From NCBI GenBank assembly GCA_015065085.1, contig SVQW01000007.1, positions 991-64,990 on the forward strand: a stretch of 64,000 nucleotides of DNA, written 5' to 3'. Both the position numbers and the translations under genes were made by a program. Position 1 is the stretch's first letter, and the number at the start of each line of letters is the position of its first letter. Source of the stretch: Oscillospiraceae bacterium (GTDB lineage Bacteria; Bacillota; Clostridia; Oscillospirales; SIG627). The notes under the pieces were generated by a model. The model was not told the DNA's origin, searched no databases, and saw only the letters and a program-made list of their open reading frames with translations. Shown here piece by piece: positions 36,371-45,038 of this stretch.

Positions 36371-36847
36371 ATGAACGAAAAATTCGATTATTCGGCGGTT
36401 GATGCTATCCTTACCGCCAATGCAAACAATCCTAAGGCAATAATCTCCATACTGCAGGAAATTCAGGAGCATTATCACTATCTGCCCCGCGAAGTATTCC
36501 CCTATATGGCGAAGAAGCTCGGTATCAGCGAGGCTAAGGCTTACAGCGTTGCTACCTTTTACGAGAACTTCTCTCTTGAACCCAAGGGTAAGTTCGTTAT
36601 CAAGGTGTGCGACGGCACTGCATGCCACGTAAGACGCTCCATTCCGATTCTGGAAAGACTTCAGAGCGAGCTGGGTCTTACCGACGGCAAAAAGACCACC
36701 GATGACCTCAACTTCACTGTTGAGACCGTATCCTGTCTGGGTGCTTGCGGTCTGGCTCCCGTTCTCACAGTAAACGACAAGGTTTACCCTGAGATGACTC
36801 CCGATAAGGCGAGCGAACTTTTAAAGAAACTCAAGGAGGAATTATAA
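36371..36847 (+). CDS. hydC: [FeFe]-hydrogenase small subunit, NuoE/HydC-like thioredoxin-fold [2Fe-2S] protein
   Basis: VCDGTACHVRRS...CLGACGLAP motif. The start at 36371 is preferred over 36362 on RBS spacing. Confidence 0.85.
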   Translation: MNEKFDYSAVDAILTANANNPKAIISILQEIQEHYHYLPREVFPYMAKKLGISEAKAYSVATFYENFSLEPKGKFVIKVCDGTACHVRRSIPILERLQSELGLTDGKKTTDDLNFTVETVSCLGACGLAPVLTVNDKVYPEMTPDKASELLKKLKEEL

Positions 36848-36850
36848 GCC

Positions 36851-38719
36851 GTGATTAAGAACAGAAACGAGCTTCAGGCGCTGAGAGCTGAGCTTAAGGG
36901 CGCTCTGGATAAGCAAACTAAAAAAATTCTCGTATGTGCCGGTACAGGCTGTATCGCCGGCGGTTCTCTCCAGATATATGACCGTCTGTGCGAACTCATG
37001 AAGGAAAGAAATCTTCCTTACACAGTAGAACTCGAAGTTGACCCTCATGATGATTCCGTAGGTGTTAAGAAGTGCGGATGCCACGGCTTCTGCGAAATGG
37101 GACCCCTGCTCAGAATCGACCCCATGGGCTGGCTGTACACCAAGGTTAAGCTTGAGGACTGCGAAGAAATCATTGAAAAGACCATCATAAACGATGAGCT
37201 TGTTGAGCGTCTTGCTTACAAGAAGAACGGTGAAATTTATCCTAAGCAGGATGAAATTCCCTTCTACAAGAAGCAGACCCGTGTTGTTCTTGAACACTGC
37301 GGACACATCAACGCAGACTCTATCAAAGAATATATCGCAATCGGCGGTTACACCGCATTTGAAAAAGCACTGTTCGATGTTGACGGCGGCGAAATCGTAA
37401 AGACCGTTAAGGATTCCGGTCTTCGCGGACGCGGCGGTGCGGGCTTCCCCGCAGGTATCAAGTGGGAAACCGTAAGAAATACTCCCGCTGACAAGAAATA
37501 CATCCTGTGCAACGGTGACGAGGGCGACCCCGGCGCGTTCATGGACAGAAGTATTATGGAGGGTGACCCCCACAGAGTACTCGAGGGTATGATGATAGCA
37601 GGTGTTGCTACCGGTGCCAACGACGGTTACATATACGTTCGTGCCGAATACCCCATGGCAGTTGCACGTCTTAAGAACGCTATCGCACAGGCAGAGGAAA
37701 TGGGACTTCTGGGTGACAACATCCTGGGCACAGACTTCTCCTTCCACATGCACATCAACCGCGGTGCAGGCGCATTCGTATGCGGCGAGGAAACCGCACT
37801 TATCGCTTCCATTGAGGGCGAAAGAGGCTTCCCCAGAGTACGTCCCCCGTTGACCGTTATCAAGGGTCTGTTCGGCAAGCCCACCGTTCCCAACAACGTT
37901 GAAACCTATGCCAACGTTCCCGAAATCATCAACAAGGGCGCTGAATGGTATCAGTCCCTGGGTACCGCAGGCAATGCCGGAACAAAGGCATTTGCTCTTA
38001 CCGGTAACATTGAAAACACCGGTCTTATCGAAGTTCCCATGGGAACCACACTTCGTGAGATCATTTATGATATAGGCGGCGGCTGCCGCGGCGGCGCTGA
38101 GTTCAAGGCAGTTCAGATAGGCGGTCCCTCCGGCGGATGTCTTACCAACGAGCATATGGATCTGCCCCTCGACTTCGACTCTCTCAAAACCGTTGGCGCT
38201 ATCATCGGTTCGGGCGGTCTGGTTGTTATGGACGAGCACACCTGTATGGTTGAGGTTGCCCGCTTCTTCATGAACTTCACTCAGAACGAATCCTGCGGTA
38301 AATGTATCCCCTGCCGTGAGGGTACCAAGCGCATGCTTGAAATCCTTGAAAGAATCGTTGCAGGCCAGGGCAAGGAAGAGGATATCGAAACCCTTTCCGA
38401 GCTTTCTGATATGATTATCAACACCGCTCTCTGCGGTCTGGGTAAAACTGCTCCTAACCCCGTTCGCAGCACCCTTAAGTACTTCAGAGACGAGTATGTT
38501 GCTCACATCAACGGCACCTGCCCCACCGGCAACTGCAAGAAACTCAAGAAAATTGTTATTGATCCTGACCTTTGTAAGGGTTGCTCCAAGTGCTCCAGAG
38601 CTTGTCCTGTCGGCGCAATTTCCGGTAAGATTAAAGAACCGTTTGTTATCGACCAGGATAAATGTATCAAGTGCGGCGCTTGCGTAAGCACATGTCCCTT
38701 CAAGGCTATCAAGGATTAA
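36851..38719 (+). CDS. hydB: [FeFe]-hydrogenase NADH-binding subunit, NuoF/HydB-like
   Basis: N-terminal 2Fe-2S-like (CAGTGCIAGG), GLRGRGGAGFP FMN/NADH site, ESCGKCIPCREG, and C-terminal 2x CxxCxxCxxxCP. GTG start. Confidence 0.9.
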   Translation: MIKNRNELQALRAELKGALDKQTKKILVCAGTGCIAGGSLQIYDRLCELMKERNLPYTVELEVDPHDDSVGVKKCGCHGFCEMGPLLRIDPMGWLYTKVKLEDCEEIIEKTIINDELVERLAYKKNGEIYPKQDEIPFYKKQTRVVLEHCGHINADSIKEYIAIGGYTAFEKALFDVDGGEIVKTVKDSGLRGRGGAGFPAGIKWETVRNTPADKKYILCNGDEGDPGAFMDRSIMEGDPHRVLEGMMIAGVATGANDGYIYVRAEYPMAVARLKNAIAQAEEMGLLGDNILGTDFSFHMHINRGAGAFVCGEETALIASIEGERGFPRVRPPLTVIKGLFGKPTVPNNVETYANVPEIINKGAEWYQSLGTAGNAGTKAFALTGNIENTGLIEVPMGTTLREIIYDIGGGCRGGAEFKAVQIGGPSGGCLTNEHMDLPLDFDSLKTVGAIIGSGGLVVMDEHTCMVEVARFFMNFTQNESCGKCIPCREGTKRMLEILERIVAGQGKEEDIETLSELSDMIINTALCGLGKTAPNPVRSTLKYFRDEYVAHINGTCPTGNCKKLKKIVIDPDLCKGCSKCSRACPVGAISGKIKEPFVIDQDKCIKCGACVSTCPFKAIKD

Positions 38720-38734
38720 GGAGGCGTAATCAGA

Positions 38735-40435
38735 ATGAGCAATTTTGTTAAAATAGACGGAATTCCCGTTGAAATAGAAAACGAAAAAAATCTGCTTCAG
38801 GTAATCCGTAAAGCAGGCATTAAGATGCCCACCTTCTGCTATCACACCGAGCTTTCCGTTTACGGTGCTTGCCGTATGTGTATGGTAGAAAACGAAAGAG
38901 GCATGCTGGAAGCAGCTTGCTCCACTCCCCCCAGAGCAGGCGGTGCTTACCTCACCAACACCCCCAGACTCAGAAAATACCGCAAGATGATTCTTGAACT
39001 TCTGCTTGCTAACCACTGCCGCGATTGTACCACTTGTGAGGACAACGGCGCTTGTAAGCTGCAGGCTCTTGCAAAAACATATCACATCGAAGGCGTTCGC
39101 TTCCCCAACACCAACGAGCATCCCAAGGAAGACCGTTCCTCCGTTTCCATCGTTAAAGACAGCGCTAAATGTATCCTTTGCGGCGACTGTGTACGTATGT
39201 GTAACGAAATTCAGAACGTTGGCGCTATCGACTTTGCTCACCGCGGCTCCAAGCTGACCATCAGCACCGCGTTTGACAAACCCATCTCCGAGTCTCCCTG
39301 TGTAGGCTGCGGTCAGTGTGCTGCTGTCTGCCCCACCGGTGCTATCGTTGTTAAGAACGATACCAAGAAGGTTTGGGCTGCTCTGGGTGATGAAAATATC
39401 AGAACCTCCGTTCAGGTTGCTCCCGCTGTTCGTGTTGCTATCGGTAAGGAGCTTCACCTCAAGGACGGCGATAACAGCATGGGCAAAATCGTTGCTGCTC
39501 TGCGCCGTATGGGCTTTGACGAAATTTATGACACCACCGTTGGTGCTGACCTTACAGTTCTTGAAGAGTCCAAGGAATTCCTCGAAAGAATTGAAAAGGG
39601 CGAAAATATTCCTCTGTTCACCTCTTGCTGCCCCGGTTGGATCCGTTACGCAGAAAAGAGACATCCCGAGCTTCTCAAGAACATTTCTACCTGCCGCAGC
39701 CCCATGCAGATGTTCGCTTCTCTTATCAAGGAGCAGAACAAGGGCGCTGAAAAGAAGATGTTCCACGTTGCAATCATGCCCTGTACCGCTAAGAAGTTCG
39801 AAGGCGAACGCGAAGAGTTCATGATGGACGGCGAGCTGAATGTTGATGCAGTTCTCACAACTCAGGAGCTTATCCGCATGATTAAGGAATCCGGCGTTAT
39901 CTTCGAAGAGCTTGAACCCGAGGCTTGCGATATGCCTTTCGGCACTATCTCCGGCGCAGGTGTAATCTTCGGTGTTACCGGCGGTGTTACTGAAGCGGTT
40001 CTCAGAAGAGTTTCCGCAGACAAGTCCAGAGCAAATCTGCTTGACGTTGCTAAGATCGGCGTACGCGGAACCGAGGGCATCAAGGAATTCGACGTTCCCG
40101 CAGGCGATGCAACTCTTAAAATCGCTGTTGTCAGCGGTTTGAAAAATGCAGAAACCGTTATCCAGCGCATCCAGGCAGGCGAACACTTCGACCTTGTTGA
40201 AGTTATGGCTTGTCCCGGCGGTTGTGTAAACGGCGGCGGTCAGCCCTTCGTTGACTCGGATACCAAGACCAAGCGCGGCAAGGGTCTGTATACTGCGGAC
40301 AATATGTCTCCCATCCGTCGTTCTGAGGATAACCCCGTTATGGACGCTATCTACAAAGAAATCGTTAAGGGCAGAGAGCACGAGCTTCTCCATGTTCACT
40401 ACAAGCCCGCTTGCACCTGCTGCGACTGCGAATAA
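38735..40435 (+). CDS. hydA: [FeFe]-hydrogenase catalytic subunit
   Basis: H-cluster motifs TSCCPGW, MPCTAKKFE and VMACPGGCVNGGGQP, with an N-terminal 2Fe-2S and accessory 4Fe-4S domains. Confidence 0.95.
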   Translation: MSNFVKIDGIPVEIENEKNLLQVIRKAGIKMPTFCYHTELSVYGACRMCMVENERGMLEAACSTPPRAGGAYLTNTPRLRKYRKMILELLLANHCRDCTTCEDNGACKLQALAKTYHIEGVRFPNTNEHPKEDRSSVSIVKDSAKCILCGDCVRMCNEIQNVGAIDFAHRGSKLTISTAFDKPISESPCVGCGQCAAVCPTGAIVVKNDTKKVWAALGDENIRTSVQVAPAVRVAIGKELHLKDGDNSMGKIVAALRRMGFDEIYDTTVGADLTVLEESKEFLERIEKGENIPLFTSCCPGWIRYAEKRHPELLKNISTCRSPMQMFASLIKEQNKGAEKKMFHVAIMPCTAKKFEGEREEFMMDGELNVDAVLTTQELIRMIKESGVIFEELEPEACDMPFGTISGAGVIFGVTGGVTEAVLRRVSADKSRANLLDVAKIGVRGTEGIKEFDVPAGDATLKIAVVSGLKNAETVIQRIQAGEHFDLVEVMACPGGCVNGGGQPFVDSDTKTKRGKGLYTADNMSPIRRSEDNPVMDAIYKEIVKGREHELLHVHYKPACTCCDCE

Positions 40436-40498
40436 TACAATAGCTTATACGCAGCGATAATAATGTCACGTTATTATCACTGTAATGTAAAAGCAATA

Positions 40499-40528
40499 AA
40501 CGGAGCGCTTCGGCGCTCCGTTGTTTTT
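40499..40528 (+). terminator. Rho-independent terminator of the hydrogenase operon
   Basis: AACGGAGCGC-TTCG-GCGCTCCGTT followed by GTTTTT. Confidence 0.85.
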
Positions 40529-40535
40529 ACAAATA

Positions 40536-40582
40536 AAATCCGAAATAAAACAACAGCCGATGGAATAATTCCATCGGCTGTT
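40536..40582 (-). terminator. Rho-independent terminator downstream of the SASP gene fragment
   Basis: AACAGCCGATGGAA-TAA-TTCCATCGGCTGTT, followed by GTTTTATTT on the minus strand. Confidence 0.8.
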
Positions 40583-40619
40583 TGCTGGTTATACGTTAAA
40601 AAGCGTAATTCAACTTAAA

Positions 40620-40775
40620 TTACTGCTGGTAGCCGTTCTTCATTGCATTCTCGGCGTTCTGAATCATCTTTTTAACCATCTGACCGCCAACGGAACCTGC
40701 CTGCTTGGAGGTAAGATCGCCGTTGTAGCCCTGCTTGAGGTTAACGCCTACTTCTGTGGGTGTTCCCGGACCATA
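40620..40775 (-). pseudogene. 5'-truncated (or split) alpha/beta-type small acid-soluble spore protein gene
   Basis: My translation is ...GPGTPTEVGVNLKQGYNGDLTSKQAGSVGGQMVKKMIQNAENAMKNGYQQ*. It has the conserved SASP C-terminal block (GYNGDLTS.Q.GSVGG.M.K.M). There is no start codon, and an in-frame TAA at 40776-40778 closes the frame. The recombinase stop codon lies 13 nt beyond that TAA. Confidence 0.75.
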
Positions 40776-40790
40776 TTAAAATAGTTTTTT

Positions 40791-42452
40791 TCAGCCGATT
40801 TGTCGCATTTCTTCATCGGCTATATTTCCTATGAATTTGTAATAGATTTTTATTTCCTGTGAATAGCTTTGGTTTCTGTGTGTTACCGTTTTTGTTCCCG
40901 GCGGAAGAATTTTTTCGCCGATTTCGATTTTTTCAATAAAGGTTGTAAGAGTTTCTCTGTCAAGAGTTTCAATGTTTGAATATCGCTTTGCCGCAGAAAA
41001 GAATTTGTCAAAGCTGTCCTTGATTTTTTCTTCGTGGTTTGCCGCCTCTGCCTGCGCAAGTGTTTCCTTGATTTGTGAGGCTTCCTTTTCGTGTTCGCTT
41101 ACCATTGTAAAAAGCCGCTCGTCAGAAAGTCTGCCCTCGGCGTTGTCGGTGTAAAGCTTTGTGATAATTCTGTTTATGGTGTCAAGCCGTTCGATCAGCT
41201 TTCGCTTTTGCACCGCAGAATTGACAACTCCGCTTTTCGCATTTTCACGCCTTATAAGCTCGCTTGCAATTTCGTTCACTTCTTCATCGGAAAGTGTCAA
41301 TAGTTCATTTAGATCCCGCCGTACCACTTCAAGCAAATCTGCATAGCGTATTCTCGTGCCGCTGCAAGGCTCTGTGATGTCCTTACGCTTGTTGATACAG
41401 GAAAGATACCAGTACTTCTCTCGCTCTCCTTTATACACCGTTCCTGCCGAGCATAGAGCGTGTCCGCACTTCTTGCAGTAGACAATCCCCGAAAAAATGC
41501 TCTTTCGCACATTGTCATAGCTTTCGTGCGTCATTGTGCCTTTTCCCATATTGATTTTTGCCTGCTCGAAAACAGCTTCGGAAACAAGCGGCTCGTGAGT
41601 GCTCTCGGTTATCGCCCATTCCTTTTTTGGAGCTGCCATCTTCTTTTTGGATTTAAGGCTGACTTTTTTTGTTTTTCCGAGAATTGTGTGACCGAGATAA
41701 ACGGGATTTTTCAGTATTCGCTTGACGGTAGTGTAGTTCCACAAGTCAGATGCTCTTGCCGCACCTGCTTCGCTGAAGTCATCACGGTATAAAACTCTGT
41801 ACTTTAACGGCGGTATTATGCCGTCACTGTTCAAGTCCATTGCAATCTTCCTTGAAGAATCACCATTTGCTGCCGCCGCAAAAATACGCTTTACGACCGG
41901 AGCTGTTATTTCGTCGGGAACAAGCTTGTTTTTGTCCGCATCACTCTTTTTGTAGCCGTATGGCGGACAAGCACAGTATTGTCCGTGCTCACGCTTGTTC
42001 TTTAAAACCTCTTTGATTTTCTTTGAGCCGTCACGGATATAAACATCGTTCATTGCGTACATAAACGGTGCATAAACGAATGCATCTTCCGTGTTGAAGT
42101 TGTCAACAACCGTTACAAGCTGAACTCCCATTTCGGGCAAAATCTGCTCGGCATAATCGCTAGCTCCGTTCATTTCTCGTCCGAATCGGGATAAATCCTT
42201 TGTGACAACGGTGTTGGCAAGCCCTTTCTTCAGTTGTGAAATCATTTCCTGAAACGCAGGTCTTTCAAAGCTTCCGCCCGACCAGCCGTCGTCAACAAAC
42301 TCGCGTACAAGTGTAATTCCGTTTCTTTCGCAAAAATCCTGAATAATCACTCTTTGGTTCTGAATACTCGACGATTCAGAGCCGTTTTTGCTTTCTTCTC
42401 TTGACAGTCGCAGATAGGCAAATGCTATCCTTGTTTTATTATCGGTTTGCAT
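40791..42452 (-). CDS. Large serine recombinase (TnpX/TndX-like, with DUF4368-like C-terminus)
   Basis: N-terminal resolvase domain (IAFAYLRLSRE with the catalytic Ser), recombinase domain, zinc ribbon (CKKCGHALC...YWYLSC), coiled coil, and the C-terminal motif IEKIEIGEK...IKIYYKFIG. Confidence 0.9.
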   Translation of the reverse strand: MQTDNKTRIAFAYLRLSREESKNGSESSSIQNQRVIIQDFCERNGITLVREFVDDGWSGGSFERPAFQEMISQLKKGLANTVVTKDLSRFGREMNGASDYAEQILPEMGVQLVTVVDNFNTEDAFVYAPFMYAMNDVYIRDGSKKIKEVLKNKREHGQYCACPPYGYKKSDADKNKLVPDEITAPVVKRIFAAAANGDSSRKIAMDLNSDGIIPPLKYRVLYRDDFSEAGAARASDLWNYTTVKRILKNPVYLGHTILGKTKKVSLKSKKKMAAPKKEWAITESTHEPLVSEAVFEQAKINMGKGTMTHESYDNVRKSIFSGIVYCKKCGHALCSAGTVYKGEREKYWYLSCINKRKDITEPCSGTRIRYADLLEVVRRDLNELLTLSDEEVNEIASELIRRENAKSGVVNSAVQKRKLIERLDTINRIITKLYTDNAEGRLSDERLFTMVSEHEKEASQIKETLAQAEAANHEEKIKDSFDKFFSAAKRYSNIETLDRETLTTFIEKIEIGEKILPPGTKTVTHRNQSYSQEIKIYYKFIGNIADEEMRQIG

Positions 42453-42651
42453 TCATGTCCTCCCCAACCGACCCATCTATATTATACATTACATTCGCAC
42501 TTGTTGTCAACAAAGGCTCGTAATTTCCGTTATTTTCCTTTGCTATGCTTTCTGTTATGAGTTGCTTTACAGTGTTTTTTCCATAACATCTTTCAACCGT
42601 ATAAAGTACAGGACTGAACTCGTAATTCTTTTTTGTCAAATAAATCACCAC
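42439..42651 (-). CDS. Small hypothetical protein overlapping the recombinase start (possible accessory or directionality factor)
   Basis: A 70-aa ORF with a GTG start and a weak RBS (AGAAAG). It overlaps the recombinase gene by 14 nt. No family recognised. Confidence 0.35.
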   Translation of the reverse strand: MVIYLTKKNYEFSPVLYTVERCYGKNTVKQLITESIAKENNGNYEPLLTTSANVMYNIDGSVGEDMNANR

Positions 42652-43426
42652 GCTTTCTTTTTGTGATTCTCAATAAGGGGCTTGCCCCGTCATTCAACGT
42701 GGCAAGGTGCGGTTTTGCCGCACTGAAATCAGCGGAGGATTGTACTCCTGCTGATTTCATAATGTCACCTGCGTGACATCTTGCCTAAGTTATGTTACCC
42801 AAATTTTTGGCAAATTATCAGAATTGAAGAAGCAAAGGAAAAAGGAGCGAAGAAAACAAAAAACACACATAGGTATCCCGTAGATACAAAATGTGTGTTT
42901 AAAATCCAATAAATATTTTAGTTCCTGTAATTAGTTTTGCCTCAAAAGAGCATAGCTCTCCCAAGGCTTTAAAAAATCGTTTCATTCCTGCGAAGGCATA
43001 TGCCTCCCAGGAAAGCCCAAAAATCGTTGATGCCTTTCGGCATCGACTGCTTTCCATTTTGAACACCCGATCCCATGCGTATCGAGCTGCCGGGAATTCG
43101 ACCGTCCACGCAGTCAAAGACACTGTCAAACCCTGTTCGATGAAATATTTCCCATCTCACGACTATATTATACCACAAGCAAAAATCATTTACAAGAGGT
43201 GGAGCTGTAAAAGTTGAATTTTTTAAATTTTGAATTGAAAACCCTTGTGCCACAAGGGTTTCAGAGGGGTAGAGGTGGAGAAATCGATGTTTTTTTGAGG
43301 CGAAAATTTTAAAAATTTTTCGAAAAACGCTCCCGGTACTTTTGTTTCAATATAAGGTTTTCTCAAAAGTTCTGACGGTTTGGCGGGGCTTCTTAAAACA
43401 ATTAAATTTATTAAAACCTAGAAATC

Positions 43427-43501
43427 TTGTTGACTTTAATCATAATTTAATTGTAAATATTTTCGGAATGATTACTTGAGCCTGTTGACTTAAATCATAA
43501 T
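43427..43501. repeat. Two direct copies of T-GTTGACTT-(T/A)-AATCATAAT, 55 bp apart, in the abiE promoter (operator candidates)
   Basis: TTGTTGACTTTAATCATAAT (43427-43446) and CTGTTGACTTAAATCATAAT (43482-43501) match at 18 of 20 positions. Confidence 0.7.
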
Positions 43502-43513
43502 ACTGTGTATAAT
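43485..43513 (+). promoter_or_regulatory. Sigma-A type promoter for abiEi-abiEii
   Basis: TTGACT, a 17-nt spacer, then TATAAT. It overlaps repeat copy 2. Confidence 0.55.
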
Positions 43514-43544
43514 ATTATTGGATTATTATTGTCGAGGTGAGTTT

Positions 43545-44138
43545 ATGGATTATATGAGTGAACTTGCCGCTATTGCAAAAATGCATGGCGGAATTATTGA
43601 AACGAAAATAGCAGCGCAGCAAGGCATCTCTAAGACAATGCTTTATAAGCTGTGCAAAGAAGATAAAATCCACCGCATTGTTAAAGGTCAGTACATTCTT
43701 CCGGATGATATACAGGATGAATTATTGGCAATCAGCAACCGTTCAGAAAGAATCATTTTTTCTCACGAAACAGCTCTTTACCTTCACGGAATTTCTGATC
43801 GTACTCCATTTGAGCATACGGTTACTGCACCGTCTGGCTGTATTCCTTCTGCGGCAATTAAATCTGAATGCAAGGTGTATTACATCAAGCCTGAGTTGTT
43901 TGAACTGGGCAAAACAACGCTGAGAACACCTGCCGGAAATGATGTTCCTGCATATGATCTTGAACGCACAATCTGTGATGTAATTCGCAGTCGAAACAAA
44001 TTGGGAACAGAAACTTTCCTTGCGGCATTAAAGCTGTATGCGGCGAGCCACAAAAAAGATTTGAATAAACTAAACTCTTGCGCAAAAAAAATGCGTGTTG
44101 ATAAAGTATTGCGTCAATATTTGGAGGTACTCCTATGA
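43545..44138 (+). CDS. abiEi: AbiEi-family antitoxin (type IV TA)
   Basis: N-terminal winged-helix region (GIIETKIAAQQGISKTMLYKLCKEDKIHRIVKGQY) and the AbiEi C-domain. The start is the ATG at 43545 after GAGGTGAG. Confidence 0.8.
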   Translation: MDYMSELAAIAKMHGGIIETKIAAQQGISKTMLYKLCKEDKIHRIVKGQYILPDDIQDELLAISNRSERIIFSHETALYLHGISDRTPFEHTVTAPSGCIPSAAIKSECKVYYIKPELFELGKTTLRTPAGNDVPAYDLERTICDVIRSRNKLGTETFLAALKLYAASHKKDLNKLNSCAKKMRVDKVLRQYLEVLL

Positions 44139-44959
44139 GCAAAGCAATGAGTCTGAAAGCGAAAATTCGCAATATTGCCAAGCAGAAAAATATTCCTGCA
44201 CAGGTCATTCTGCAAAACTATATGTTTGAACGTTTGCTTGTCCGTTTGTCTGCTTCTGAATACAAAGAGAAGTTTGTATTAAAGGGAGGTATGTTGGTAG
44301 CCGCCATTGTCGGACTGGACAACCGTGCAACAATGGATATGGACACCACGCTCAAAAATCTCCCTCTTACACCGGAAGCGATTCGCGGTGCGTTGGAGGA
44401 TGTCTGCAACATCGCATTTGATGACGGAGTTGAGTTTGAGATTGGCACGATATCTCCCATACGTGAAGATGATATTTACGGCGGTTATCGTGTCATGTTG
44501 AATGCAAAATTTGATACTCTGCTGACGCCACTCAGTATTGATGTATCCACTGGTGATGCAATTACACCTCATGCAGTACAGTACAATTTCTCTGAAATTT
44601 TTGATGATGAGAAATCATATGAACTGTGGGCATACAACATAGAAACCGTTATGGCTGAAAAGGTGGAAACCATTTTGCGACGCGGCGTGTTTAATACTCG
44701 CCCAAGAGATTTCTATGATGCCTATATACTGACCACAACACAGAACTTCGATAAGGCTGTGTTTGCGGATGCATTAAAAGCAACGGCAAATCACCGGGGA
44801 ACTACAGAGCAGATTGCGGATATTTCCGATATTCTTCATAACATCGAAGAAAGCCCGGAACTTAAAACAATGTGGGACAAGTATCGCAAGCAGTTTGCGT
44901 ATGCTGCGGATATTGAGTATGGTCAGATTATGGATGTGCTGAAAATGTTGATAGAATAA
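44135..44959 (+). CDS. abiEii: AbiEii/AbiGii-family nucleotidyltransferase toxin (DUF1814)
   Basis: The N-terminus is LKAKIRNIAKQKNIPAQVILQNYMFERLLVRLS...FVLKGG, with DMD in the NTase core. There is a 4-nt ATGA overlap with abiEi. Confidence 0.85.
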   Translation: MSKAMSLKAKIRNIAKQKNIPAQVILQNYMFERLLVRLSASEYKEKFVLKGGMLVAAIVGLDNRATMDMDTTLKNLPLTPEAIRGALEDVCNIAFDDGVEFEIGTISPIREDDIYGGYRVMLNAKFDTLLTPLSIDVSTGDAITPHAVQYNFSEIFDDEKSYELWAYNIETVMAEKVETILRRGVFNTRPRDFYDAYILTTTQNFDKAVFADALKATANHRGTTEQIADISDILHNIEESPELKTMWDKYRKQFAYAADIEYGQIMDVLKMLIE

Positions 44960-45038
44960 CAGCCCGGACAAAATACAGAGGTATAGATATCATTTACAAA
45001 CAACACTCATAAAAATTTCAGAAAATGGAGTAAAACAC

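Noticed and set aside
36842-40399. A 1185-aa ORF on the minus strand spanning the whole hydB-hydA region.
   Set aside because: It is antisense to two genes with unmistakable NuoF and H-cluster motifs, and it crosses their intergenic gap. It has no RBS. Its translation is low-complexity (rich in G, A, V, N, S and T), as expected from the reverse complement of codon-biased genes. It is a shadow ORF.
42899-43253. Minus-strand ORFs of 76 and 94 aa, and a start-less plus-strand open frame of about 95 aa (...RFIPAKAYASQESPKIVDAFRHRLLSIL...), in the gap between the recombinase and abiE.
   Set aside because: They have no RBS or start codon, they overlap each other, and I recognise no family. This is possibly a decayed mobile-element gene, but that is unsupported.
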